Origin: Macrostomum hystrix
Lineage: Eukaryota > Animalia > Platyhelminthes
Direction: 5' to 3'
Length of the DNA stretch: 64,000 bases
NCBI GenBank assembly: GCA_950097015.1
Contig: CATNEN010000037.1
Span: 3,410,001-3,474,000, forward strand
Made by a program: the position numbers and the translations under genes. Shown one piece after another: positions 47,902 to 60,245 of this stretch. A model generated the notes under the pieces. It saw only the letters and a list, made by a program, of their open reading frames with translations. It made no database searches and had not been told where the DNA came from. The stretch's first letter is position 1. Every line of letters begins with the position of its first letter.

Positions 47902-49094
47902 CCAAGGGGGGAATTCCCCCCCCCTGAAAATGTTTTTTGCCAGCGCCTGAATGCTTTGGGGGTGACTGATTGGTTGACAGACTAGTCGAGGGTGTCCTGT
48001 GTTTGAGCTGCGCCTTATAGTTAGGCTTGAACAGTGAAATTGGAGAAATTCGCGTCAGGGTGTCCATAGTGGCTTAGTTCCACCTGTTGTAGCTCTTGAA
48101 GGTCTAGATCAGGGGTCGGCAAACTCCGGCCCGCGGGCCAGATGCGGCCCTCGAAGCTCCCAAATCCGGCCCGTTGCCACTTCCAACACCTACAGTATCC
48201 TGTCTCAACTCTCCCGTGTCTCATCTCCCCCGTGTGTCATATCTCCCATGTCTCAACTCTCCAGTGTCTCATCTCTCTCATGTCTCATCTCTGCCGTGTC
48301 ACATCTCTCCCCTTTCTCGTCTCTCGCGTTATCTCTGTCTCAACTCTCCCGTCCCATCTCTCCCCTTTCTCGTCTCTCGCGTTATCTCTGTCTCAACTCT
48401 CCCGTCCCATCTCTCCCCTTTCTCGTCTCTCGCGTTATCTCTGTCTTAACTCTCGCATGTCTCATATCTCCCATGTCTCAACTCTCCAGTGTCTCATCTC
48501 TCCCATGTCTCATCTCTCCCGTGTGTCATATCTCCCATGTCTCATCTCTCCCGTGTGTCATATCTCCCATGTCTCAACTCTCCAGTGTCTCATCTCTCCC
48601 ACGTCTCATCTCTCCAGTGTCTCATCTCTCCCGTGTCTCATCTCTCCCTCATATCATATTTCTATAATCAAAGCGGCCCGCTGTCGCCTTTTAGATTCTC
48701 TCTTTGGCCCGCCAGCAAATAAGTTTGCCGACCCCTGGTCTATATAGATAATAGAGATAGATCTAGATAAAGGTCGGTGACCGCCGAAGTCGGAGATGAT
48801 GCAAGCACACTCGGGTGACATGCTGATAAAGTTTGAAGGTCTGGAAAGGCCGCACTGAGGCGCAGTGCAAATTCGTGTATAGGGGTGTATGGAATACACT
48901 AGCTCTTATGGGAAAAATCGGACCTTCGGCCAGAAACATTGAATATCTCGACGGTCTGAAGAGCTGGCGACTTGTTTCTTGTTTCAGAAGATGCGCAACA
49001 AAAAGTTGGCCCGTGTTCTTGAGTTTCGTGTGCTTGCATTGTTCCGTTCGGGTGCAGCAAAAATATTGTCGGGGGGGGGAAATTCCCCCCATTG
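47902..49094. mobile_element. Older TIR element interrupted by the hAT MITE
   Basis: About 38-bp imperfect inverted repeats: CCAAGGGGGGAATTCCCCCCCCCTGAAAATGTTTTTTGC (47902-47940) versus GCAAAAATATTGTCGGGGGGGGGAAATTCCCCCCATTG (49057-49094); TA close to both outer ends. Confidence 0.5.
48110..48737. mobile_element. hAT-type MITE with internal pyrimidine-rich tandem repeats
   Basis: Perfect 16-bp TIR CAGGGGTCGGCAAACT / AGTTTGCCGACCCCTG; 8-bp TSD GTCTAGAT / GTCTATAT with one mismatch. Confidence 0.9.
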
Positions 49095-51773
49095 ATAGTT
49101 CTACTGTTAATGAAATATAGTCATTACTCTCTAGTGTAGAAGGTATTCCTTTCATTCGTAGAAATAAAATCCTTGTTGGTGTCAGCGGATAGGACAAAAA
49201 TAATCAAATAGATGTTTCAATTTAGAAACTCAGAAAATATTTTTAAAGTTCATTTAAATGCTTTTTAACACCCTATCTGTCTGTCTGTCATCAAATGTGG
49301 GGTGGGAAATGCTATGAAATTAATTCAATGTCCGTCCAGATAATTTAAAAGCTAAACAGTGTACTATTAAGTGAAACTTTAGCCTCACATGTTACTAAAC
49401 AGTGGCGAATGCATCAGGTCGGCAGCCATTTCCAAGCTGTTGAACTAGACAGAGAAAGTTGCCTCTGCACCAGGTAGCTTTCTGGCGACCCCCAGGACTG
49501 AGTGAAGCCTGGCTATTGGTATTCACACAGTTGTCAATGGCAGGCAGTTTTTGGTTGCGTTACTGGGAAAAAATCAGTTCACTTGATGATAAATGATAGC
49601 TGTAATAGAAAAATATATATTTACAATCACGCATCTGTTAAAAGTAATAATTTAACTTCATTTTGAATTTTCTAATTGTACATTTGCAAATTTAACAAGA
49701 CAACATTGTTACAAGCAGATATACAATACAAGAATACAAGCAGATTCAAAGCTGCTTTAACTTTTTGTTAGAATTTTATAAGTAAAGGTGAATCCAAAAT
49801 ATGTTTTGGATTTTTAAAACAAGCCTTTTAATCAAAAAAGTCTCATATTCTCTTTGCTAAAACCACCAAAACTTATTACACAATGAATCATACCATTATA
49901 TTTATTGAAATTAGTTTGATGAAAAATTGAAGCAAAATGTCATAAATCTATTAATCTAAGAAGATATACATAAAAATTGATTGAAAAACTAAATCAAATC
50001 TAAGAGTGTAAAAAACAAAGACATTATAAAATATTGTTTTGTAAAAAAAGATCTTTTCAATCTAAATCAGCAAATTAAGGTATACTTAAATAAATAATAA
50101 TAATATTAGAAGTTAAACAAAAGACATATATATCATTAAGAAAAAACTGATTGAGAAGAAATAGGTTAGAAATAAGACATTATTATTATAGTGTAGCACT
50201 CTATTCAGGGCAACATATTTATAATAAAAAAAGAAGGAACGCAAGAAGCAAGTCGAAAAACTTTATTGGAGACAACATTCTGATAATGACTAAATATTGC
50301 TGACTGGTAATCTTTTCTCGAAGCTTCTTAGCCTGCTAGCTTTTGTGCTTTATAATTTAGTTGTATTTGAATGCCTACTGAAAGGTTTATGTAGCGGGGC
50401 TCATCTCATAATTATCTATAAAATTCAAATAGCTACAAATAAAACCAAAGAAGCAATCAGAAAGCCTCATATTTACTGAAAATGTCTCTGGTTAAAATAG
50501 CTTATTTAAGGTGAAAACGTATGACAAATGGCAAAAACCACATTGTACACACAATATTTTTGCTTTAGGGCTGGTTGCGTACTGTGTTCGAGAAAATTTC
50601 TGCTGAGAGTAGCAAAACGAAAAAATTAGGATTGCAAATAATTTTAAATTAACATTGAGAAGGATTTATTACTCAGGAATAAATATAGAATTTGTGTGCT
50701 AAACATAAAAGCATATATTAGCACAACTAAAATCATCAAATAACTGGCTAAATTATTATATTTAAAATTTGCCTAAGCTCGAGGAATTAACCCACCGTAT
50801 TTTGTTTATTTTATTTAAAGCATTAATTTAAATTAAGCAGCAATTTTAAATTTTGTTTGTATTATCGTGACAGTCCTTCTTAAAAGTATGAGACTATGAG
50901 TTCTAATCGAAATGTAAATAATGTTTTTTAATCGTTGGAAGTCTACAATTCTTTTAGTTTGCTTTAAGGCTATTTTTTACACTGCCTTCAAAAGTGGTCA
51001 GAACAAACGATTGGCTTTTTAATGATCATAAACGACCATGGTAATTGTAGTCGTATTTATTTTAGCTTGCATGATATTAAAATATATATATATAACTTTA
51101 CACTATTAACTTGCAAATTGATGATTACGTGAACACACCTTGTGCTTATGATCTTTTAATCAATCATGTTGAGGTTTCATTAGAGATTTCTTTTCATGAA
51201 TTACAAATATAATATCCATAATTGTGCCACTTCCTGATCACCTTCCTGTACTCTTAAACACCGCTTTCAGAGAAGAGAGTGCTTAAGAAGAAGCTGCACG
51301 CAACATTTTAAGAATGGTTCAACTGCAAATATTATTAGTAGTTAAAAGAAATATACACTACTAGTTATTTGACCACACATCATAAGGATGCGTGGTCAAA
51401 CGCGCGAGAGGATTTATAAGAGGATTGTAATACCCTTACGGGCAAAAAATCTTAAAATCACGCAGTAATTAATCGACCAACCCCAAGATAAAACAGCTGA
51501 GATGTATGAAAGTACTTGTACGCATTATTGCTAAGAGTTTTATATCTGTCAGATTGGGATTTCTTTTTTTGACGGTTGATGATGGTTGAAATCGAGAAAT
51601 TATATTTATCTGTGAGGAAGCTGTTTGGTTTTATATTTAAAATTGTGTATTCCCAAGTTATTTATTATTGATGCTTTTGGCAACGAAAATAACAGTTTTA
51701 TTGTAACACGATTGTCCATTCATTTACCTTTTGCAAGTTTTTAGCTATGAATTAGCTATTTTTTTTAGCTATA

Positions 51774-52175
51774 GGGGCGGATAGCTCAGTCAGTAAGGTG
51801 TCGGACTCTGGATCAGATGGTCCTGGGTTCGACTCCCGACCTAGTCTAGAACTATTCGTGCAGCCTTTGGCAAGCTGCTTTGCCCTGATTTGCACACAGT
51901 CTACTCAGCTGCAAATGAGTACCGACATTTCATCGGGTAATAATAATTCCGGCTGGCGTGGAATAAAGCAGTTCTGTGCGGCAATTCTGTGGGGTTTGGA
52001 TGCTGCCGATATGTTTGGAAAAATAAATTCCATTGCTGACACGCGGCTGTCAACCGGTGTCCGAGAGAGCCGGGGAGTACAATAGGTGTGCAGTCCCCAC
52101 CTGCTAGTGTGCCTGACACACAACACCTGCACTGGCCCTTGGGTCTAGTGTCAATTATTATATTATATTATTATT
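51774..52175 (+). mobile_element. tRNA-derived SINE
   Basis: A box TAGCTCAGTCAG, B box GGTTCGACTCCC, core CCTTTGGCAAG...CTACTCAGCTGCAAATGAGTACC, ends GGGTCTAGTGTCA plus an ATT-rich tail. Confidence 0.75.
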
Positions 52176-52541
52176 AGCTATGAATGTTTTTAGCTGTACC
52201 ACGCATTACAGTTTGTTACGAACCCAAGATCACACTCGAGTGATCAACACATAGAAGGGCTAAGTACTTTAGTAGTTATAACTTTTGATGACATTTTTTA
52301 GTTGGAACGTATATTTTTTTAACTATGAACATGAAAAGCGAACTTTAAAGTCATTATTGCGTCTTATTGCATTTTTTTAACATTTTCACTATTACCGTCC
52401 GTCAACGAAAGTAAAACTGTATTTTCGTTGACATTTTCTATTACTAATCCGACTACGGTTGAATGTTAAGGTACCCTTGATGAATCTTTGATTGCCGTTA
52501 TTTTCAGACAACCGGCACAGTTGACTGGTCAGACAGTGTTG

Positions 52542-54176
52542 TTACAGAACTGTAGACTGTTCGTTGGTTACCGTACCAGATAATATAGACTGGTCAGGAG
52601 ATGCTGTCGATTGTTCAGTGGGCGTTGTCACTGAGACTTTTAGCTGGTCAAGCAGTGTAGTACGAGACGCTGAAGACTGGCCAGGCGAAGTTGGAAAGTT
52701 CGTAGTCGACTGATCAGGCGGTGTTGTCAAGGTCACAGTCGACTGATCATTCGGTGTTGTCAAGGTCACAGTCGACTGATCATTCGGTGTTGTCAAAGGC
52801 ACAGTCGACGTATCACTTGGTGTTGTCAAGGTCACAGTCGACGTATCACTCGGTGTTGTCAAGGTCACAGTCGACAGATCATTCGGTGTTGTCAAGGTCA
52901 CAGTCGACGTATCATTCGGTGTTGTCAAGGTCACAGTCGACGTATCACTCGGTGTTGTCAAGGTCACAGTCGACTGATCATTTGGTGTTGTCAAGGTCAC
53001 AATCGACGTATCATTCGGTGTTGTCACAGTCAAAGTCGACGTATCATTCGGTGTTGTCAAGTTCACAGTCGACGTATCATTCGGTGTTGTCACAGTCAAA
53101 GTCGACGTATCACTCGGTGTTGTCAAGGTCACAGTCGACTGATCATTCGGTGTTGTCAAGGTCACAGTCGACGTATCACTCGGTGTTGTCAAGGTCACAT
53201 TCGACGTATCACTCGGTGTTGTCAAGGTCACAGTCGACTGATCATTCGTTGTTGTCAAGTTCACAGTCAACGTATCACTCGGTGTTGTCAAGGTCACAGT
53301 CGACTGATCATTTGGTGTTGTCACAGTCAAAGTCGACGTATCATTCGGTGTTGTCAAGGTCACAGTCGACGTATCATTTGGTGTTGTCACAGTCAAAGTC
53401 GACGTATCATTCGGTGTTGTCAAGGTCACAGTCGACAGATCATTCGGTGTTGTCAAGGTTACTGTCGACTTGTTCGCTTGTGTAGTTGACATCAATGACA
53501 CGGATGTTGTTCCAGATGATGTTGACCGCTCCGTAGTCCTGTAGCTCGAAGATGAGCCTTTTGCAGACTGGGAGCTCATGAAAAGGTCTGCTAGAGTAGT
53601 CCTGATGGCTGTCGATAGTTTTTCTGTTGCTATCGACGCTGTTGTCATTCCTTTGTCAGTTCGCAGCGCCGTTGTTACGTCAGTACTTATTGCTAGGAAG
53701 GTCACGCAACGGCCAATGGCACAACCGGTAGTCGAGTCGATCCAGGTCTCCAGCTGCTCCTGGGGCGCGCAGGTCTCCAAAGCGGGGCATGACCTGTCGG
53801 TACAATTCACGCGAGGACAGCCCTGCGGATCTGTCCAATGAACGGCGTCACTTAGTTTCGCTGGCCAATCATTGCAGTCGGTTGTTACTGGCGGGCATGA
53901 GGACAATTTCAAGTCGATTGTGGGACCATCGACTACTGACTGCTGCTCGTCAGTCAGAAGGCACAATCGAAACGGGCATTCCGGAGAATCGGGATCGGAC
54001 AGCCATAGTGCTCGCATCCCAGCTGAGCAGATGATCAACGGTGGACAAACCGACTGCTCATGTCCGGATGTGACTTCAATAACTACTGGCAACGGAGCGG
54101 CGTGCGCGCGGTGTGGTGGCAAAGCTGCTGTCACAGTCGCTGCAACAATCAAGATTGTTCTTCCTAGTGTTGTCAT
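52542..54176 (-). CDS. Secreted mucin-like protein: signal peptide, three 4-Cys repeats, Thr-rich 11-aa repeats
   Basis: In-frame TGA directly before the ATG; hydrophobic N-terminus; repeats C-P-x-C...D..[GE]C...C three times; about 22 copies of TTP[NS]D[TQ]STVTL (33 bp, 52720-53460). Repeat-like coding continues in another frame to 52504. Confidence 0.75.
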   Translation of the reverse strand: MTTLGRTILIVAATVTAALPPHRAHAAPLPVVIEVTSGHEQSVCPPLIICSAGMRALWLSDPDSPECPFRLCLLTDEQQSVVDGPTIDLKLSSCPPVTTDCNDWPAKLSDAVHWTDPQGCPRVNCTDRSCPALETCAPQEQLETWIDSTTGCAIGRCVTFLAISTDVTTALRTDKGMTTASIATEKLSTAIRTTLADLFMSSQSAKGSSSSYRTTERSTSSGTTSVSLMSTTQANKSTVTLTTPNDLSTVTLTTPNDTSTLTVTTPNDTSTVTLTTPNDTSTLTVTTPNDQSTVTLTTPSDTLTVNLTTTNDQSTVTLTTPSDTSNVTLTTPSDTSTVTLTTPNDQSTVTLTTPSDTSTLTVTTPNDTSTVNLTTPNDTSTLTVTTPNDTSIVTLTTPNDQSTVTLTTPSDTSTVTLTTPNDTSTVTLTTPNDLSTVTLTTPSDTSTVTLTTPSDTSTVPLTTPNDQSTVTLTTPNDQSTVTLTTPPDQSTTNFPTSPGQSSASRTTLLDQLKVSVTTPTEQSTASPDQSILSGTVTNEQSTVL

Positions 54177-55369
54177 TCAAGAATAGTCAAGAGAAATATG
54201 AAAGCTTCTCAATTAGGATTGTGTATAATATCGTTTATTTACGCACAGTTTTTTATATAGCCGACTTTCTATGCTTTGCTAGCCAAACTTTGTCTCTCAA
54301 TTCTATCACTAATCACTTTGTTCAGTGTTGATATTTTTTATGATAACAGCCAATGAGAGATAAGGAATCAAGAAAAAGTTTATAGAGAGGCGCGGAGTTG
54401 AGGTGGCTGTCAGAGTAAGGACTGGCGTGGCGAAAGGGTGGGGCGGGTGTTTGAATACAAAACAAATGTACATTCTGTGTACGTAGGAGTGAGTTTTTTA
54501 TCCACCTTGTGCTTGCCAAACAAACAACCAATCAAGTTTAAGTGACTTACTTTAACTTTAAAAGTTATTTATAGCGAATAAGAGAATCAATTTCGACCTT
54601 ACTTTGAAAATGAAAAAGCAAATTAATTCCGAGTCCAAAATTAGGTTGGTGTGAATTGTCACAGAAAATCTTTCATTGGATTGAAAAAAATCCTTACATT
54701 TCTACAGTGTTTTTAATTTGTTTTATTGCATCGTCATTGCTCGTAACAATACAAATAAAGTGTAAGGCAAGTATCCGTAAATAATGATATTAGGTGAGAG
54801 GAACAAGCTTTCACATTCACATTCACATTAATATTCACAGGTCTGTGAGGCAGTTTTGCTTGTTTATGTACTTTAGGTAGAATGCTTTTTACATTTTCAT
54901 CAAACAAAATTGAAGCACAAATATCTATAAAAAGCAGTCTCGATTCCAAGAAGTGCATAGCGAAATGTTTACACAATATAATCAACAAGCCTGTCTAGCT
55001 GAGGATTTTTACATCATGTGCAATTGCAAAGTAAACAGCACCTTAACATTGAACTTCGTGAATAAGCCTGGCATGCACAAAAAGCTGTTCATTGAAAATA
55101 AAAAAACATATTAATGAATTTTAATCCGATTCACAAGAAAACTCTAATAGTCTACTAACAGTAGGGTAGAAGGGGTGTGCAGATTCTCCAGACTAGATTA
55201 GTCGATTTCAGTCACACGACTACCTCGTACACAATGCGCTTTGGTCGAGTCTGGTACTGGCCTTCGAACCCATACGGATCTGTGTCTGGGGTGGATTGAA
55301 AACAAAAAATTACTCTGCGTAAAGGCTTAACTTTGGGTTAACAAAATGTGAGCATAATCCATTTTAAAG

Positions 55370-55699
55370 AAGAAGAACAATAATAAAAAAAATAATAATA
55401 ATTGATTACACCTGCCCCAATTGGGCCAGATGTGCAGCCAACAGCACAGCCACAGCTCTTGCGCGGCGCATCTGAAGGCTGCGTACGGCTGTTCAGTCCA
55501 TAGACTGGGGGGACGCCACACCCAACTTCAATTATCCCAGATAATTCTGGTTCCCATTCTGATAACAGCTGGGTGAACTAAAGCAATGCAGAGTTAAGTA
55601 TCTTGCAAAAGGGCACAAATTGTTCCAGTGGAGTCGGGAATCGAACCGCCGACCTTCAAGTCGTGAATTGACGCTCTAACCACAAGACTATACAACCTC
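55370..55699 (-). mobile_element. tRNA-derived SINE with ATT/TTC-rich tail
   Basis: Head GTATAGTCTTGTGGTTAGAGCG...GGTTCGATTCCC, core GTGCCCTTTTGCAAGATACTTAAC...TTCACCCAGCTG, simple-repeat tail. Confidence 0.75.
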
Positions 55700-55821
55700 A
55701 ATTGATTTCAAATAACAAAGAGCTTACTTCTGTTATCGTCGGCAAAGTCTTCCGGAGCATAGCTGAACATACCGGGATTAGATGTGGAAGCTGAAATGGT
55801 CGGCAGAAAATTGAATCCGAA

Positions 55822-55998
55822 TTGAAAGGCTTGGGGGCTTGTCGTGCAATTTTCGCCTATGAGGGCCAACTTTCAAGGCATTACACTGGCTGACGATGAG
55901 AAAGTCAGGGCAGATGTACACACCTGCGTGAGCGTGTGCTCAGGAGTCAGCGAAATGAGCAGAACTGCCTCCTCGCTGGCTGCGGGTCTAGTGTCACC
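55822..55998 (+). mobile_element. SINE (second family), 5'-truncated copy
   Basis: AAAGGCTTGGGGGCTTGTCGT...TCAGGGCAGATGTACACACCTG...GGGTCTAGTGTCACC shared with 33787-33948. Confidence 0.65.
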
Positions 55999-56039
55999 TA
56001 ATGATGTGCCATTGCCCCTAACATTGAGTTTGAACTTAC

Positions 56040-59024
56040 AGTCCAACGGATTGTGAGCACTTCTCAGCGTGGCGAACACTGTGCTACGCCGATCGGCACT
56101 GGTCTCCATGACAACAGCTTCGTCCTTCTGCATTGAACTTCGTCGCGAATCGACCGTCGGCTTGCCGTCTGGCCCAGAGACCGAGGCGGAAGCTGTAGAC
56201 GATGGCGGATGCGGTGGAACCAGAGCGTAGGGTTTGCCGTCAGAGGTCTGGTACTGGGGCACCGCGGACGCTGCTCCGGCCCGGTGTCTGGGGGAGGATT
56301 TTTAAATCGGGATTGATTTTTTTTCCTAGCACAAAATTGATTTCTAACTTTCTACTAATCTCTACTTCTCAATCATCTCCCCATTGCTCAATCTACTCCC
56401 TACTTCTCAATCTACTCCCTACTTCTCTATCCACTCCCTACTTCTCTATCTTCTCCCTACTTCTCTATCTACTCCCTACTTCTCTATCTACTCCCTACTT
56501 CTCTATCTACTCCCTACTTCTCTATCCACTCCCTACTTCTCTATCTTCTCCCTACTTCTCTATCTACTCCCTACTTCTCTATCTACTCCCTACTTCTCTA
56601 TCCACTCCCTACTTCTCTATCTTCTCCCTACTTCTCTATCTACTCCCTACTTCTCTATCTACTCCCTACTTCTCTATCTTCTCCCTACTTCTCTATCTAC
56701 TCCCTACTTCTCTATCTACTCCCTACTTCTCTATCTACTCCCTACTTCTCTATCTACTCCCTACTTCTCTATCTTCTCCCTACTTCTCTATCTACTCCCT
56801 ACTTCTCTATCTACTCCCTACTTCTCTATCCACTCCCTACTTCTCTATCTTCTCCCTACTTCTCTATCTACTCCCTACTTCTCAATCTACTCCCTACTTC
56901 TCAATCTACTTCCTACTTCTCAATCTACTCCCTATTTCTCTATCTACTCCCACTTCTCAACAACTGATTTTCAAAGAAAAAGTACATTTTACAATCGTTT
57001 TATCGCTTTTCCAGCCGAGTTATCGACTTTTTAAATCGAGTTACTGATTTTATACTTCATTTCATTTAATTTTTATATTATCCCCAATAGGGCTATATAT
57101 ATTCACTTATCGAATAAAAATACTGTTATCGAAATAAATTCTGTGTACCGATATTGTTGAAAACGTATCGTACAAAATATTTTTTCCAATTTTTTTGACG
57201 AGACAAATAGTAATTTCCAATGCCTACCCAAAGATCATAAGCTTCGTAGGATAATCTTTTGAGTTTGAGCATTTCTTCCCTATTTATATCTCCCTCTCCC
57301 TCACTAAGTGTGGGATATTTGATGAGTAAATCTAGCCTGACAGGTCCGATCCCGGCATCTCTGATCCTCATCCGTCCAGAGCCCGATCCGGTGCTACTTC
57401 ACTGTAGTTAGTGGGAGATTTCTCCCCGAGCATATGAGATCGCCAATCTGGTTGAACAGCTTCGCATCCTTGCCGATCTGCTAGTAGCATCAGCTCTATC
57501 CAAAGCAGTCAGCCGCCCTCTAGCGATTTGCGACCTGGCTAGGGAAAAATGATTACGCAATCGACTCTGCGCCTCGGCGCTTCTTGAAGAGGAATCCGGG
57601 CGGCATTGCGTAGACCGAGGGTGAGACTGAGAAATTCGATAATTCCGAGATCTATTCCTTAACGCCATGTTTTCGCTTCTCGCTGTTGCATCATCTTCGG
57701 CGATTCTCAGCTTGTTAAGAAGGCTGCCGCGACAGCCGCCGCCGTGGGGGGCGGAGGAGGAGCTGAGAGGATGGTTTGCGCATGAGGGGAGCTGGAGTGC
57801 GGTATGAACCCGCTGCGCATTTCCTGTGGACCGATTTCTACAGTCGAGATTTAGATAATCTGACTAGGAAATTTCTCGTGCTCATTGAAGCTGCGATCGC
57901 ATGGAAATCTGTGTTAGGCCCATTGAGTAATGACTGCTTGATGGGGCAAATCTGTTGGGGAAAATCTATAGCAACATAAATAGAATTTTTTGTTTATTTC
58001 CTTATCTTTATAATTATTTAATTCGCCAGTTTGATGGGAGTGAGGTGGGTGTCGGAGTGAGTTGAGTTAGGCAGTGAGGTGGGAATTGAGGTGGGTGTGG
58101 GAGTTGAAGTAGGTGTGGGAGTGAGGTGGGTGTCGGAGTGAGGTGGGTTAGGCAGTGAGGTGGGTGTCGGAGTGAGGTGGGTTAGGCAGTGAGGTGGGTT
58201 AGGCAGTGACGTGGGTTAGGCAGTGAGGTGGGTTAGGCAGTGAGGTGGGTTAGGCAGTGAGGTGGGTTAGGCAGTGAGGTGGGTGTCGGAGAGGTGGGTT
58301 AGGCAGTGAGGTGGGTTAGGCAGTGAGGTGGGTTAGGCAGTAAGGTGGGTTAGGCAGTGAGGTGGGTTAGGCAGTGAGGTGGGTTAGGCAGTGAGGTGGG
58401 TGTCGGAGAGGTGGGTTAGGCAGTGAGGTGGGTTAGGCAGTGAGGTGGGTTAGGCAGTGAGGTGGGTTAGGCAGTGAGGTGGGTTAGGCAGTGACGTGGG
58501 TTAGGCAGTGAGGTGGGTGGGTTAGGCAGTGACGTGGGTTAGGCAGTGAGGTGGGTTAGGCAGTGAGGTGGGTTAGGCAGTGAGGTGGGTGTCGGAGAGG
58601 TGGGTTAGGCAGTGAGGTGGGTTAGGCAGTGAGGTGGGTTAGGCAGTAAGGTGGGTTAGGCAGTGAGGTGGGTTAGGCAGTGAGGTGGGTTAGGCAGTGA
58701 GGTGGGTTAGGCAGTGAGGTGGGTTAGGCAGTGAGGTGGGTTAGGCAGTGAGGTGGGTTAGGCAGTGAGGTGGGTGTCGGACTGAGGTGGTTAAGGTGGT
58801 TCAGGTCAGGATCTTGAGCGGTGCATTGATAAGCAAAGTATAATAGAGTAGAAAGTCGGCTCACTGTCCAGCAGCTGCCAGCCGTCTGGCATCCATGTCC
58901 TTGTACTGGGTGGGCTTCTTGCAGCAGAAGTAGACCAGTACCGAGCAGAGCAGCAGGATGAGGGCGCTGCACCCGGCGCCGACAATTATGATGGCGCTGC
59001 TGGGAATCTCCGGCAGCGTGGCCA
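56040..59024 (-). CDS. Two exons of a single-pass membrane protein (TM and cytoplasmic region); other exons unresolved
   Basis: Exon 59024-58865 (acceptor cctccgcag, donor GTGAGC) encodes IIIVGAGCSALILLLCSVLVYFCCKK. It joins in phase 2 to exon 56287-56040 (acceptor cctcccccag, donor GTAAGT): HRAGAASAVPQYQTSDGKPYALVPP...AHNPLD. Confidence 0.7.
56360..56960 (+). repeat. 19-bp minisatellite (TACTCCCTACTTCTCTATC)
   Basis: About 30 copies; degenerate relative at 61520-61740. Confidence 0.95.
58035..58795 (+). repeat. 17-bp G-rich minisatellite (GAGGTGGGTTAGGCAGT)
   Basis: About 44 copies. Confidence 0.95.
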
Positions 59025-60245
59025 CTGCGGAGGAGGGTGGGGTTGTTTATTTTAAATCAGAATGATTTACTGCAATTAGAATTACTTCAAAGAGACTCAG
59101 AACTTCCATTCCTAAGAGACAGTCGAGATGGAAGTGAGGGCGAATGACATCCAAGCTGTCATTTATGACGTGGAAGTTTACTACTAGAATTTATAGCCAA
59201 ACCGGCTCTGTGAAATCGGACATAAAACACTATGCCAGGGCTAATGATGGCTAATGATGGTTAATGACAGCCTGTGCCACAGTCACTTACTAAGTCCCCT
59301 AATCCCCACAACGTGACGCATTTTTTTCTAAAACCGTTAGAAACGATGCCTCACAAAGCAGAAATATTCTTTTTTTCCTGTCGTGCCGGTACGGACGACC
59401 CTAGATACACTAGGGCTTGTATCTCCTGAGCCTAAGACATTGTTAGCAGGGGAGGGGGTGGTTCGGTGAAGCGTGGGCCACTGTCACTGGTCAGATGGAC
59501 TCAGCAGGCACACATTACTCACAGCTACTGACTGGGGAGCAGTGATGCACAGCTCCGTATGATATTATTTATACATGCAATGATAGATGAATTATTGCTC
59601 AACATGCCTATTGTATTATCCTTTGCGGTAAGCTATGGCTGCATTATTTAAAAGCATAGGAGGAAAAAATAGTTATGAACAATGAACGATTTCTTCTACA
59701 GTGATTCTACCCCGTCACTTGCGACACTTACTAATAAAAAGTTAGGGATAGAAATAAGGTGATTGGGAATACTTTGATTCTGCATTTTTTAGGATTTCAA
59801 GCTACAGTCATTTTCTACAGTCAGCTTCTGGTCTATAGTTGAAGGTAGGATGGGCCTAGGCCATAGACAACCAATCTGTGGGGGTATTATAATATTAAAT
59901 TCTCAAATGCAAACTTTAGATTTTCTGCTAATGCGTTCTAAGCTGATTTTGCCATAGACGATGACAATTAAATAATGTAGAATCCGATTGCTTATTCATT
60001 AGATGCTTACTGCTCGCTTTTAGTATATAAATGTCTATAGTCTATGGGCGAGACCATCTTTGACAGATTTCGTGATTGCAAGGCTACCCAATACTTGGTT
60101 TTCCTTGCATATATCAACAGAAGTTTAGTCTATGAACTCGAGTGTCAGTTAAAAGCCTCTACAGTTACAAATTTCCTAGGTCTAATTGCTACCGAGTTAA
60201 AATCTAATAAAATGTTGTACTTTAACTATCTTTGTTGTTAGTTGA

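Noticed and set aside
51774-51850. tRNA gene
   Set aside because: A and B boxes are present but the acceptor stem does not pair and a SINE body and tail follow; the same holds for 55620-55699 and 26930-27002.
18089-52560. Programmed ribosomal frameshifting as a general mechanism in this window
   Set aside because: The GPR19, EDC3 and mucin shifts share no slippery motif, differ in direction and sit at short homopolymers, which fits sequencing indels better.
55410-55505. Candidate next exon of the TM gene (YGLNSRTQPSDAPRK)
   Set aside because: Lies within the 3' part of a SINE also present at 26740-26830.
56202-57047. Hydrophobic 216-281 aa ORFs
   Set aside because: 19-bp polypyrimidine satellite on the antisense strand of an intron.
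57408-57760. Open minus-strand frame in a GC-rich intronic patch
   Set aside because: Splice phases do not fit the surrounding TM gene and no recognisable motifs.
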